From assembly GCA_963727625.1 (NCBI GenBank), contig CAVSHR010000004.1, forward strand, positions 1,088,001-1,152,000: a stretch of DNA of 64,000 nt, written 5' to 3'. Under the pieces are notes generated by a model. That model worked only from the letters and a program-made list of their open reading frames with translations. It was not told the DNA's origin and searched no databases. Source of the stretch: an uncultured delta proteobacterium (GTDB lineage Bacteria; Desulfobacterota; Binatia; UBA9968). The translations under genes were made by a program, and so were the position numbers. Below, piece by piece: positions 18,433 through 29,324 of this stretch. Numbering within the stretch: position 1 is the stretch's first letter; each line of letters begins with the position of its first letter.

Positions 18433-19022
18433 AATTCACCTCTGAACCATCTCCTAATTCGGCATTCGGTACTGATAGACGTTCACGCTCTGAATTCGTT
18501 TACCGATCGCCAGCGTTTCATCCTTGGCGGAACGAAATTACTGCTTTCGGTCCAGCATTGTCGCAAGGCCCGTGCCGGAGATCCCTTATAATCAAAAACC
18601 TCTCCAATGCGCTCCGTTCTACCCAAGCTTCAGGGCAAATTGCAGCTCACACCGAACATAATTGTGCGTTTAGAGCGACGAATCGAGCCGACTTAGAGAG
18701 ACCGGATCTCAGTCGGTTTTACGCCCGAAAGCATCGACACAGGGCTCACACCTTAAGCCAATGTCGCAGAATATGAGCTTTTGGTAATTGTCGGCCTTTG
18801 ACAGGCCTGGTTTTCGCTTGACGCCTAACGTCGTCATGCCCTACTTTACCTCTCACGATTGGGGTCTAAAGGAACGACCCAATGATCCATCTAATGAGAG
18901 GATTGCACCCCATGCTCAACCGATCGCTGTGGCCAATCAGATATCTTCCGGGAGATAACAATCCGGTGAGTATTCGGTCAGACCATGGGATTTTACTGTT
19001 GCCTATTGCGTGATGCCGCCTC

Positions 19023-19868
19023 ATGACCATCATCGATGCCCAGGTTCACATCTGGCCGCCGGAATCGCCGCAGCGGCCTTACATCAAAGAAGACGCCTCG
19101 AAACCGCACCAGCCCATTCCGCTAACCTACGAGAGCCTGTTACAGAAAATGACAGAGGCCGGCGTGGATCGCGCGATCTTGGTTCCACCTTCATGGGAAG
19201 GTTTTCGCAACGATTATGCTCTCGAAGCGGCGCAGAAATACCCGCACCGCTTCGCCGTGATGGGTAAAGTGCCGCTCAATGACCCGGAGAGCAAGAAGCG
19301 AATCGCGTCATGGACCAAGCAGCCCGGCATGCTCGGATTTCGCATCAGTTTTCGCCACAGCGGCACGCACTCGTATCTCGATGACGGCACGGCGGATTGG
19401 TTCTGGGCGGAATGCGAGCGTTACGATATTCCGGTCATGATCTTTGCCCCCTTTGCCGTCGCGAAAATCGGCGAAATCGCCGAGCGCCACCCCGGCCTCC
19501 GAGTCATCGTCGATCACATGGGTCTCAACCTGCAGTGGAAAGGGAAAGACTTGGGACCCGGCGTCGATTTACTCCTCAAGTTCGCTCGTCTGCCGAATGT
19601 CGCGATCAAAGCGTCCTGCTTGCCGTGCTACGTCGATGAAGTCTATCCGTTCCCGACCTTGCATCGGCAGATTCGCCGCGTCGTGGAGACCTTCGGCCCG
19701 CGACGGGTTTTCTGGGGCACCGATCTTTCGCAACTTCCCTGTTCATACCGGCAAGCGGTAACGTTGTTTACCGAAGAGCTCGATTTCCTTTCGGCTCAAG
19801 ACAAAGAATCGATCATGGGGCGCGCCCTCGCCGCATGGCTAGGCTGGCAACTACCGAATCGGTTATGA
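19023..19868 (+). CDS. Amidohydrolase_2 family protein
   Basis: Motifs IIDAQVHIW, VDHMG and FWGTD. Confidence 0.88.
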   Translation: MTIIDAQVHIWPPESPQRPYIKEDASKPHQPIPLTYESLLQKMTEAGVDRAILVPPSWEGFRNDYALEAAQKYPHRFAVMGKVPLNDPESKKRIASWTKQPGMLGFRISFRHSGTHSYLDDGTADWFWAECERYDIPVMIFAPFAVAKIGEIAERHPGLRVIVDHMGLNLQWKGKDLGPGVDLLLKFARLPNVAIKASCLPCYVDEVYPFPTLHRQIRRVVETFGPRRVFWGTDLSQLPCSYRQAVTLFTEELDFLSAQDKESIMGRALAAWLGWQLPNRL

Positions 19869-20052
19869 CAAAAGACGAAAGAGGCAGGCCGATGAAACCT
19901 AAAAGTAGACCCCAGGCTGCCGCCCCGCCGGCCATTTGTCTTTTGTAGTTCGTCAACGAAGAGGTTCTGCGCGAATTGGCTCAGCAAGGTTTCCCTAACT
20001 CATTACAAATGAAATAAAACACCTAAAAATCATCAGACAGGGAGAAACTTCG

Positions 20053-20373
20053 ATGTGGTACCTGGTTATGTCGCGTTCGTTACCGGAAAAGGAACAAGAC
20101 AAACAACGCAACTACGAAGAGCATCGGCACTGGCTCGACGACCAGCATCGCACCGGCCGCTTGCTTTTTTCCGGACCGACGACCGACGGCGCTTACGGCA
20201 TCTATGTGATGCTGGCAGCGAACCTCGAGGAAGCCAGGGCCGTCGCGGCACAAGACCCGCATCACGCGCGGGGAATTCGTCAAATGGAAGTCTTGGAATG
20301 GCGCGCGCACCGCGCTTTTCGCTTGAGTGGTCCGACCATCGATGAGGTAGAAAAACTCGCCCGTCCCGAATGA
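20053..20373 (+). CDS. YciI-family protein
   Basis: EEHRHWL...LLFSGP...EEARAVAAQDPH. Confidence 0.8.
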   Translation: MWYLVMSRSLPEKEQDKQRNYEEHRHWLDDQHRTGRLLFSGPTTDGAYGIYVMLAANLEEARAVAAQDPHHARGIRQMEVLEWRAHRAFRLSGPTIDEVEKLARPE

Positions 20374-20498
20374 GGGCGGGACATTACTGTCTGTCATAGT
20401 GCGGAATTTCTACCTCAGTTCGCAGAGATGCGCCGATTACTTACTCCGTTTTTTTGCCGACCCGGGTAATCCTGGTCAATTCCTGACGTAACGCCGCG

Positions 20499-20514
20499 TG
20501 GCACACGCGTTGCT
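20499..20514 (+). promoter_or_regulatory. Sigma-54 promoter
   Basis: TGGCAC-ACGCG-TTGCT, an exact -24/-12 consensus, upstream of 20571. Confidence 0.7.
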
Positions 20515-20570
20515 CAGCAGGAATACCGACGGAGTTCAACTGTCGGCTTAAGCCCAAAGGAGGCGAAAAA

Positions 20571-20915
20571 ATGTTAAACGGAAGATCGGTTCAATTAGGC
20601 GTGTTAGCCCTCGCCATTTTGGTGTTAGCGGCCTGCTCCGGCGGTCCGATGACCACCCGGGAAAAAGGCGCCGGCATCGGTGCTCTCGGCGGTGCGGCGG
20701 CGGGCGGGATTATCGGCGCCACCGTCGGCCATCCCGGAGCTGGCGCGGCCATCGGCGGAGCGCTCGGATTAGGCGCGGGCGCGCTCGTCGGCGATTACAT
20801 GCAAGGCCAGGAGCAGCAACAGTCCCAGTCCAATCAGCAGCAGATTCAGCAGAACCAGCGCACCATCGAACGCAACAACCAGCAAATCCAGAATTCGCGC
20901 CAAACCGAATATTAA
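20571..20915 (+). CDS. Glycine-zipper lipoprotein
   Basis: Lipobox LAAC, GxxxG zipper and Q-rich tail. Confidence 0.85.
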   Translation: MLNGRSVQLGVLALAILVLAACSGGPMTTREKGAGIGALGGAAAGGIIGATVGHPGAGAAIGGALGLGAGALVGDYMQGQEQQQSQSNQQQIQQNQRTIERNNQQIQNSRQTEY

Positions 20916-20933
20916 TCGTCGAAGCCTTGATAA

Positions 20934-20969
20934 AAAGGAGGATTCAGCAATTACCCTGAATCCTCCTTT
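20934..20969. terminator. Bidirectional intrinsic terminator
   Basis: 14-bp stem AAAGGAGGATTCAG / CTGAATCCTCCTTT between convergent genes. Confidence 0.75.
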
Positions 20970-20988
20970 GCATTGACGCCAACCGCCG

Positions 20989-21846
20989 TCAGTATTGTCC
21001 CCTGATAGTCGTCGTTTTGAGGCTGGATTCGATTTTCCTGCCGCTCCGGCTCGCTTCGTATCGCTCCAACGCCAGTCTGGTCTTCGGCCCCATCACACCG
21101 TCAAAAGGGCCGGGGTCGAAACCGGCGTCGCGCAAGCGTAGCTGAAGTATGCGAACCTCCTCCTGGAAGCCGGGCATCTTACTCGAAGCTGCCGGTTTCG
21201 CCGGTTCAGAAGAATGACTCGCGGCGATTTCCACCGGCTTGGCAACGGGAGCTGCATTGCCGGCCGTGAGTAAGCTGCCGTCCAACAATCCATCGAACTC
21301 TTTGGCCATCCTACAGCCCGCATGAAACTGGGCCAACGCGGATTTGGTCTTGTTGCCAAGGATGCCATCGACCGGTCCGGGATTGAATCCCGCGCTGCGC
21401 AGTTGAGTTTGCAGTTTAATTGTCTCTTCGCGGCCAAAAGGGCCGTTTGCCGCAGCACCTCCCGGAGCGCCATGGATGCTTTCAGCTGAAACATATTCCA
21501 GCAGCGGGGCCGATCTCGCGCAGCCGCCGCGCAATCGCTCGAAGGCATGCTTAGTCCTTACGCCGGCGACTCCATCGATGGGCCCCGGATCGAAACCCAT
21601 TTGGCGCAGGCGCGTTTGCAATCGGCGGACGTCGTCTCGGCTCAACGTACGTGGCGGGGCTGGTGGCTGCGCCGCTGTAACGACCGCAGCCGGGATTTGA
21701 ACCGCCGGAACGGGCGGCGCCGTGACGCTTTCTATGACAGGAGCTGACACCGTCTGTTTCTCTGTCTCGATTTCCGAGCCGTCGAAAAGCGCGCATCCTG
21801 AAACAATGATGATACAGACGGGAAGAATAACGCTAATTCTTTTCAT
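20989..21846 (-). CDS. Lipoprotein with three peptidoglycan-binding (PG_binding_1) domains
   Basis: Lipobox VSGC; three LQxxLRxxGF(D/N)PGPxDGxxGxxT repeats. Confidence 0.85.
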   Translation of the reverse strand: MKRISVILPVCIIIVSGCALFDGSEIETEKQTVSAPVIESVTAPPVPAVQIPAAVVTAAQPPAPPRTLSRDDVRRLQTRLRQMGFDPGPIDGVAGVRTKHAFERLRGGCARSAPLLEYVSAESIHGAPGGAAANGPFGREETIKLQTQLRSAGFNPGPVDGILGNKTKSALAQFHAGCRMAKEFDGLLDGSLLTAGNAAPVAKPVEIAASHSSEPAKPAASSKMPGFQEEVRILQLRLRDAGFDPGPFDGVMGPKTRLALERYEASRSGRKIESSLKTTTIRGQY

Positions 21847-21882
21847 CGCGAATCTTCTATTTCATCCGGGGACAAATGAAAC

Positions 21883-21898
21883 AGCAAGCCCCATGCCG
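21883..21898 (-). promoter_or_regulatory. Sigma-54 promoter
   Basis: CGGCAT-GGGGC-TTGCT upstream of 21846. Confidence 0.6.
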
Positions 21899-22253
21899 TT
21901 TGGGGGTCCGTTAGAGGACCGTCAAAAAGCGCGATTCCGCCGAAAAAGACCGAACAATTCTCACACAGGACCTAATGCGGCCGCTCGACAGCGGTGGCAA
22001 TATATGAGTTCTTCATGTAAACGGTATGATGATAACCAAACGTGAACGGTACAATTGCACTGCGAACACGGCGACCAATTAGCAATCGATTGCCATGAAA
22101 AGTCGTTATTACATCATCACACTGCCGGCGCTCGGCTTGTGGAGAATCGCCGGCCCCAATAGCGAAAAAATCCACCGGCTCAAAGCCGGCGATTTAGTGT
22201 TCGACCGCATGGCGAAAAAACTCGAGAAGGAAGGCTGGTTTTAGGCAGAAACG

Positions 22254-22763
22254 ATGGGTTTAGCGCGACAGCCAGAAACAGAATCACAAACTCGCACCGC
22301 GCTGCGCCGGATCGGATTTTATTGCCTTACCCTGGCACTGATCGCTACGTTCACGGCCTGCGCCCAATCGTTCAAACATGACGAAGCCTTGGCCGCTAAG
22401 CGGGCCCTTGAATTCGCCCGGGCTGTCTTCCTCGACAAAGATCTCGACAGAGGCTACAGCCTGCTCTCCGAAGGAGGCAAACGGCATATTCCATTGGATA
22501 AGTTCAAACAAACAATATCCGCCATGCACCCGCGCGGCTATCCGAACAAAGTGACCGCCATTGAGTACGAGCCCATGGCCGGTGAAAAAGCGATTTATAT
22601 TTTTCTGACCGGCCGGAACGGCGAAGAACAGTTCAACTATCGCGTCACCCTGGAAGGCACCGCCGACACCGATTATAAAGTCTTGAAAATCGATCAGGGC
22701 GGAGGCTTCCCCACCTTCTCCAATCAGAAACGGCCGTTCAAGCCGGCGATCAGTATACCGTAA
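22254..22763 (+). CDS. Hypothetical lipoprotein
   Basis: Hydrophobic stretch followed by FTAC; coherent ORF. Confidence 0.7.
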   Translation: MGLARQPETESQTRTALRRIGFYCLTLALIATFTACAQSFKHDEALAAKRALEFARAVFLDKDLDRGYSLLSEGGKRHIPLDKFKQTISAMHPRGYPNKVTAIEYEPMAGEKAIYIFLTGRNGEEQFNYRVTLEGTADTDYKVLKIDQGGGFPTFSNQKRPFKPAISIP

Positions 22764-23180
22764 AGCTTGGTTCCCGGGTGCAGCGCAAACTCGATGCGTT
22801 TCGGCATTTGACTTCACCCTCGCTGCAGCGTGCCGCAGATGGCCGCTTGCGCTGCCAAGACGATGGCACAACATCGCTTTGACAAGGTCTGGGCTCCCGA
22901 CCCCCTGACCTACGAGAACGTTTGTGTCATCTTGGCAGCGATCCTCGGCCGCACCCCTGCCCGTGTAGGCGCGTCACTGGTCCATCCGTTCAACCGCGCG
23001 CCGGTCGACTTTGCCTCCAGTTTCGCAGCGCTGTCGCATCTGGCCGGCCGTATGAAGCCAAACCGAATCGTGCGACATCGGAAGAAAAACCATTTGCGCC
23101 GCGCGGCACAAACGATTAAACGGTAAGAAGCGAGTCCTATCTCAAGCGGAAAATTCAATTCATTGACGGGAGGAACAAAA

Positions 23181-23621
23181 ATGGCGGCTGAATTTATCAA
23201 CATTCTCGACATGCAGGAGCTCGAAATCGGCCACAGCAAGAAAGTGCTTTTCAGCTCCGATCATTTTCACACCTGGGTGCACGGCGATTATCCCGGCACC
23301 AAGGGGCCGATGCACAAGCACACCGCTGATCAACAATTTTACTGCGTGCAAGGCCAATGCACCTTTCACTTTCCCGATGCCCCGTCGCGACCGCTCAATC
23401 CCGGCATGCTCGTGACGATTCCCGCGGGACAACTCTACCAGCTCGACAACACCGGCGACGACTACATGATTTTACTCGGCGCCAGGGCGGAGCCGGCCGG
23501 CAACCCCAGATTCAGCGCCGCCGACAAAGAAGTCGAAGACGAATTCGCCTTCAAGCAACTCGATCGAATCAAAGCGCCGGAAGCGAAAAAGGCCCGCGCC
23601 AAGCTCGAATCGCAATCTTGA
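23181..23621 (+). CDS. Cupin domain protein
   Basis: PMHKHTADQQFYCVQG...IPAG; RBS GGAGG. Confidence 0.8.
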   Translation: MAAEFINILDMQELEIGHSKKVLFSSDHFHTWVHGDYPGTKGPMHKHTADQQFYCVQGQCTFHFPDAPSRPLNPGMLVTIPAGQLYQLDNTGDDYMILLGARAEPAGNPRFSAADKEVEDEFAFKQLDRIKAPEAKKARAKLESQS

Positions 23622-23833
23622 TAGGTTGTCCATTCGTTGTTCGATGCGAATCCCACGCGTTGCCGGTGATTCCGTTCAATCCCGGCAGCTGCACTTGCAG
23701 GCGGTTCCGACGCTTCCTAGCCGAGGTGAACGAATGTCGTGCGCTTCGATGTTCGTCGAACAACGATCCGAAAAAAGAGCTGTCCTCTCATTCGAGATGA
23801 GCAAGTTCTGTGTGAATCGAGCGAAATGGGTCG

Positions 23834-24268
23834 CTATTTTTTACAGAAGCCGCGGATGTATTTCACGAGTTGGTGAATTTGCGGTTCGGTTAGCGAGCCG
23901 CTCCAAGGGGGCATCATCGGAGAAAGCCCGACCGCCTGTCCCCCGCCCTGGATGGTTTTGAATAGCGTTTTATCGGCAATCTTTGCCATCGTTTTGCAGT
24001 CGGCAAAATCTCTCGGTTTTGGATTGAGCGCTGCAGCCGCAGGACCATCGCCCTTGCCGTTTGCTCCATGACAAGTCGTACAGAGGCTTGAGTAATTTGA
24101 GGCCGCTCCTCCTGCTGCTTGAGACGTCTGGCTCCGACTCATCATTGCACCACCGCCCATCATCCCGCCCCCGCCAGGCATTTGGCCCTGCTGCCGGGCC
24201 GCCGCAGCGCACACGGCAACCCCAATCCCAACTCCTAAAATAGCAATCCAAAAAACAACAGACTTCAT
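23834..24268 (-). CDS. Periplasmic monoheme cytochrome c
   Basis: Signal peptide, CTTCH, GDGPAA-LNPKPRDF and axial Met in MMPPW. Confidence 0.9.
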   Translation of the reverse strand: MKSVVFWIAILGVGIGVAVCAAAARQQGQMPGGGGMMGGGAMMSRSQTSQAAGGAASNYSSLCTTCHGANGKGDGPAAAALNPKPRDFADCKTMAKIADKTLFKTIQGGGQAVGLSPMMPPWSGSLTEPQIHQLVKYIRGFCKK

Positions 24269-24354
24269 CGGTTCCCTCTTCTCTTCTCAGTGACTATTTG
24301 CACGGCTCGGGCATCGACTCCTGGCGGGCTCATTGACTACAAACCAGTTTGCTT

Positions 24355-25803
24355 TTAAAAAGCAATCCATGCCTGGAGGTAGAGGGTATTGTTGTCCCTT
24401 GCATTACGCCCGGCACCGTCGTAGTTACGGCGCGACCCATCAAATCGATTGTAGATCCAGTACTGCAACGAAAACTTTACATTGCTATACGGCCAGAATG
24501 ACGGACCGCCCCGTTTATTGAATGGCAGATAATCCAGCTGGATGATCCATCCGTCGCTGGTGGGAGATCCTATGCGGCTGTCGGGATATAACAAAGAATC
24601 TTTGCGACCATCGATCAGGAAATATTGAAAATCTGCGCCGTAGGTCTTGTCATACAGGTACGAGGCTGTCGTGCTGAAGTTCCATAGGAAATCTCGGGAA
24701 TGATCAGCCGCTCCGAGCCCTTGGCTGGCATGCCAACTTTCACGTTCGTGGAGCCAATTGAGCAGAACAGTGACGTCATGCGATCCGGAAGAATATTGGT
24801 ACTGGGAGTCAAGGCCGATATCCATGATATGATCCTTACCGGCGCTGCGATCCCGACCCGGGAAGGTATTGGCGGCCACGCCATAGGTGCCCACCTGCAA
24901 GGAATGGCTCCCCCATCGCTGTTCCAGCGCGAGCCGCCAGTAGGGCGCTATGTCCGTAATCTGCGTCTCCTCATTCACATCATCCCTGGGCACCCCAAAG
25001 GCACGTTGGGTACGTGGACCAAGGGTTCGATAGCCACCTAACTCGACATAAAGAAGGTCGAAAAACCTCGCATAGGCACCCAAGCCGAGCACTTGTTGGG
25101 CAACCGTGCCGGAGAGCAACGGCGCCGCAGAGGGTGTCGGGGCCAGCCCGGAGCCGCTAAATGGGAAACCCCATGCCGGCGTGGTATTCCACAAATCCTG
25201 TAGTGTCGGGTTGTTATTGGCGTAGATCCCGTAAACCACATTGTTGTTATTGATGGAGGCGCTATCCGCAAATCGTACCTCCCAGTTGTCCCATGACCAT
25301 AACTTGCCAACACCATCGTAGGTTCCCTGCAGGAAAGTGCCAATCTTGTTCGCAATCGATGAAGCAACCCGCTTGCCGAACAAGGGCTCAGCGTAAGGGC
25401 CGAATAATCTTCCGGCATAAAAGAAGCTCGCTTGTGTCAGGGCAAAATTGTTGTTCTTGCCAAAATCCTTGGCCGCGCTCGGCGCCTGACCCTCGGCAGT
25501 ATGGGTAAAGGACGGCATCAACATCACCGCCAGGGGCGGCAGCTTGCTCTGTTCATTGCTGAGAGTATATCCACCTAACTTAAACTCCCGACCAAACGGG
25601 GTGAGCTGTGGAAACGCCGTGTGGCACATCGCGCATTGCATGCCGGTTTGTCGCGCGAAGCTCGGCACTGCGTACGCGAGGGACGGCCACAGAACCATAA
25701 CACTAAGCCCATAGATGAGCGCCGAAATCCCAAATCGCAAGGGGCGGAGCATCTCCTGCAAAGTCCCGGTCGGAGTATCGTAATTAGTTTTTTTTGCGTT
25801 CAT
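24355..25803 (-). CDS. cyc2: Cyc2-like fused cytochrome-porin
   Basis: AVPSFARQT-GMQ-CAMCH-TAF-PQL matches the Cyc2 signature. It is followed by a beta-barrel-like region and a terminal aromatic residue (QAWIAF). Confidence 0.8.
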   Translation of the reverse strand: MNAKKTNYDTPTGTLQEMLRPLRFGISALIYGLSVMVLWPSLAYAVPSFARQTGMQCAMCHTAFPQLTPFGREFKLGGYTLSNEQSKLPPLAVMLMPSFTHTAEGQAPSAAKDFGKNNNFALTQASFFYAGRLFGPYAEPLFGKRVASSIANKIGTFLQGTYDGVGKLWSWDNWEVRFADSASINNNNVVYGIYANNNPTLQDLWNTTPAWGFPFSGSGLAPTPSAAPLLSGTVAQQVLGLGAYARFFDLLYVELGGYRTLGPRTQRAFGVPRDDVNEETQITDIAPYWRLALEQRWGSHSLQVGTYGVAANTFPGRDRSAGKDHIMDIGLDSQYQYSSGSHDVTVLLNWLHERESWHASQGLGAADHSRDFLWNFSTTASYLYDKTYGADFQYFLIDGRKDSLLYPDSRIGSPTSDGWIIQLDYLPFNKRGGPSFWPYSNVKFSLQYWIYNRFDGSRRNYDGAGRNARDNNTLYLQAWIAF

Positions 25804-25875
25804 TTCGTCCTCCGTTTTCGCATAGCGGCGTCTAGCGTATCGCCCTGAGTTACTGCTGGTTTCACCGCTCGAGTT

Positions 25876-26148
25876 TCAAAGTCGCGCAGGAGTCCGATCC
25901 AGATATTCCCCATGGCGATATCCGTGGACAACCGTAATACCGGCAGGGGAGCGGGCATCTGCCGCTACGATTGAACTCCTTCGACACGCGCATGCAGAAT
26001 CGCAAATTGCGGCAATCATGCGCGAGAGCTTCGATCCATTCCCTTGCCTCACAGAAACCTTGGTGCAGCGATACGACGCAAGGCGTTGACCTTGCCCAGC
26101 CGCCAGAACTATTCCGCGGCAAATTAAATTGCTGGCTTTCCCGATCAT
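25876..26148 (-). pseudogene. Nucleotidyltransferase N-terminal remnant
   Basis: GIVLAAGQGQRL motif, followed by degraded sequence. Confidence 0.4.
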
Positions 26149-26631
26149 AGTGCCTGTCTCCACTTTATTTTTAACGTTGATCGTGGCGTGAGCGAATTCC
26201 TAACAGCATCGAGCAAGTTTCGAGCCAAGAATGAGTTGCTTAATTTGCAGGGAATCATCGGACTAAAGTTTTCAGTTAAAAAAAAGCTGACACCTGGAGG
26301 AGCGAAAACAAGGAAAGCTGCGATTGCCAAAGTTTATGCCGGGGACAAACCGCCTTTTCAATGTGGGACAACAATGTGGGGCGGTGTGGCATTCCTGCCG
26401 ATCTCATTCAGCGGGCTCATCCTTCTGGAGATTCATTTAACCGCCAGCTATTTCACTTTTATCTTGAACTCCTCGAAATTGAGAAATAAATGAGAGGACC
26501 TGGCAAGAGGGCCCCGACGCGCACTCACATATCTCGAAGCTCCTATTCAATCTCTCAGCCAAAATTTATCGCGCCGGGTAAGACGCGATTAATGGGGTGC
26601 GAAGTGAGAGCCTTCGCGTTATCATTAACCC

Positions 26632-27873
26632 GTGAAGCTTCCGAGCCTCAAGCCATTCCGCGAGAGTCCGGAGGCGCGGCGCCTCGCCCTGATCTTTGCC
26701 ATCGTCTATTTCGCCCAGGGCATGTGGTACCTGCCGAATCTCCCGATCACCTTCCTCCTGAAAGACACCTTCGGCCTCAGCGCCGCGCAGACAGCGACGT
26801 TTTTCTCGATTACGGTGGTCCCCTGGTTGATCAAGCCGGTCTATGGCCTTATTTCGGATTTCGTCCCGCTGTTCGGCCAACGGCGGAAGAGCTATTTTCT
26901 CCTGTCCTCCGGGATGGCCGCGGCAATGGGACTCACCCTCGGTATGATGGGTTCCTATACCTACTGGGTTGTCGCTATGTTTTTCACCCTGATGGGTCTC
27001 GGCTTGGCCTTCACGGATGTGTTGACCGACGCGCTCATGGTGGAGAACGGCCAGCGGCTCGGCCTCACCGGGCCGTTTCAGGCAGTCCAGTGGGCCGCGA
27101 TCTCATTCGCGTCGATTCTAGTCGGAATCGGAGGGGGTTGGCTCGCCCAAAAGGAATTTCTCTCCGTTACTTTTCTGATCGCCGCGCTCTTCCCCGTCAT
27201 TACTCTGGCTATGGCGGTATTCATGATCCGGGAGCCTCGTGTCGAGGTCGGCGACCGCCAGTTACGCGAAACCTGGGCGGCGATCCGCGGCGCCATCGGG
27301 TCGCGAACCCTTTGGATCGTTGCCGGCTTCATTTTCTTTTACAACTTCAGCCCATCCTTCGGTCCGGCCTTGGTCTACTACGCCACCGACGCCCTCCATT
27401 TTTCCAGGATCTTCCTCGGCACCCTGGATTCCCTCTCGTATACTTCGGGAATAGTCGGCACCGCCGTCTATTTCGCCTTCTCCAAGTCCTTCCCGTTCAA
27501 GCACTTGATCCACTTCGCCATCGCCGCAGGCGTAATCGCGACGCTCGCCTACCTGGGCTACCGGAGCGAAGTATCCGCGCTAGTGCTGTCGCTGGCCTTC
27601 GGCAGCGTCGCAATGTTCATCCAGCTGACATTTCTCGATTTGGCGGCCAGGGCTTGCCCCAAGCAGGCCGAAGCAACATTCTTCGCTCTCCTGATGTCCG
27701 TCTACAACGGAGCGGTACAGCTCTCGCAGATCACCGGAGGCTGGCTCTATGATCGGGTGGGCTTTACCCGGCTGATCTTCATCAGCGCGGCATTCACCGC
27801 CCTCTGCTGGCTCTTGGTCCCGCTCCTGAAATTGGAAGAGCTGGCGCCGGGGGCGCAAGACGCCGCGAGATGA
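26632..27873 (+). CDS. MFS transporter, BT1 folate/biopterin family
   Basis: Motifs PWLIKPVYGLISD-PLFG-RRKSY, FTDVLTDALMVE and ACPKQAEATFFALLMS. Confidence 0.85.
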   Translation: MKLPSLKPFRESPEARRLALIFAIVYFAQGMWYLPNLPITFLLKDTFGLSAAQTATFFSITVVPWLIKPVYGLISDFVPLFGQRRKSYFLLSSGMAAAMGLTLGMMGSYTYWVVAMFFTLMGLGLAFTDVLTDALMVENGQRLGLTGPFQAVQWAAISFASILVGIGGGWLAQKEFLSVTFLIAALFPVITLAMAVFMIREPRVEVGDRQLRETWAAIRGAIGSRTLWIVAGFIFFYNFSPSFGPALVYYATDALHFSRIFLGTLDSLSYTSGIVGTAVYFAFSKSFPFKHLIHFAIAAGVIATLAYLGYRSEVSALVLSLAFGSVAMFIQLTFLDLAARACPKQAEATFFALLMSVYNGAVQLSQITGGWLYDRVGFTRLIFISAAFTALCWLLVPLLKLEELAPGAQDAAR

Positions 27874-28093
27874 GGCGCCGTAATGGACCCGGAGCCAAAG
27901 TTTACGCCCTTTTCCCTCTCTTGCTTCAAACTCGAACGACAATGGCAGCCCCTGTGTAGCGAAGGTCCACGGAGGAATTTGGGCTAAATACTTTCATTCA
28001 TAAAAACGCTTGCGCGTACCGCGATCGAATGGCAGTTTATAATTCTGGCGCTTTGTCCAAATGGCGTCAGGGAATCACTAGCCAGGTCAATCG

Positions 28094-28996
28094 ATGGCGT
28101 CGCCGACTCAAATTGAATTTCTCAAAGTGCTTGCCTGTATGGCATGGGCGGACCAGGAGGTCACCCGCTCGGAAATCAGCCTGATCGGGCGCGTGATGCA
28201 TGACTTTCAACTCTCCGGCGACGAGCGGCTACAAGTGGAAATGTATCTCGACGAAAAAGTCGACGCGGAGGAGGCCAAGCGCGTCATCCGGCGATTTCTC
28301 GCCCGGGTGCGCCGCCCGGCGCATCGCAAACAATTAGTCTCGACCGTCGAGAGACTCCTCGACAGCGATGAGCGCCGCACTCCCGGGGAGCGGGAGTGGT
28401 TGCAGGAACTGCGCCACGCCGTTGCAGAAAGCAGCGGCAGCTTTCTCCTTGACGGTTTACGAAGCGTGCTTCGCATCGGCGCGGCTGGCGCTGACGGGGC
28501 GAACTCAGGTCGAGACACGCAATTACACGACTTCATTCACAATCGAGTCCTGTTCAAGCTGCGGCTTCGTGTCGGAGCGAAACTCTTGGAGCGGGAGACA
28601 AAACCCGACAAGCTCAAAGAGCTAACGCTGTGCGCCGCGTTGCTTGCGCAGGTGGGCTACGTCGATGAAAACTTCTTGCCGCAAGAAGGACAGTTCCTAC
28701 AAAAGCTCCTCTGCGATGTTTGGGGGATTTCACCTTCCTTGGCCGAAGCCGTCTGCGGCGTCGCGGTGGAAAGCGCAAACCAGGGCTTGGATCTTTTTCG
28801 TCTTATTCAGGAGGCCAAGGCGACCTTGTCCGTCAATAAGCGCAAGACCCTGCTCGAGGCCCTATTCGCCTTGGCACTGGCGGAAGGAAAAATGACCGGA
28901 CAAGAGATCGAAGAGATCCGCAAGATCGCCTATGGGCTCGATTTCACCCACCGCGAATTCATCAACGCCAAGCTAAAAGTCCTTGGCCGGGATTAG
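28094..28996 (+). CDS. Tandem TerB-family domain protein
   Basis: Two TerB-like units, LACMAWADQEV...E and LFALALAEGKMT-EIEEIRKIA. Confidence 0.75.
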   Translation: MASPTQIEFLKVLACMAWADQEVTRSEISLIGRVMHDFQLSGDERLQVEMYLDEKVDAEEAKRVIRRFLARVRRPAHRKQLVSTVERLLDSDERRTPGEREWLQELRHAVAESSGSFLLDGLRSVLRIGAAGADGANSGRDTQLHDFIHNRVLFKLRLRVGAKLLERETKPDKLKELTLCAALLAQVGYVDENFLPQEGQFLQKLLCDVWGISPSLAEAVCGVAVESANQGLDLFRLIQEAKATLSVNKRKTLLEALFALALAEGKMTGQEIEEIRKIAYGLDFTHREFINAKLKVLGRD

Positions 28997-29324
28997 ACGG
29001 GATAGAGTCGACCTTAGAGACTTTGGGGAAACGACGGCACCACCCATGAGTCTCTAATTCAACGAGCAGTTGCCATGCGCATTCCGTTCGCTCGCCCTTC
29101 CTGATGCAGTCTTGTCCCAGCGATTGTCGATCTCGGCCGAGACAGCGCCGTCTTGGTTCTTTCAGAGACGTCTCGGACGGATGAGAGAGGTCGTCAACAA
29201 AGAAGCACCGCCGTGGACGCGCCTCTAGATAATTCGTGCCGGTCTAAGCCACCGAGAACGGGCGAGTAAAATATTTTCACAAACGGCCGTGATCTGCGCA
29301 AAAGTTCTTTATCTGACCGAGAAG

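Noticed and set aside
26490-27752. 420-aa ORF overlapping the BT1 transporter
   Set aside because: Shadow frame of a GC-rich gene with Arg/Pro-rich, non-protein-like composition.
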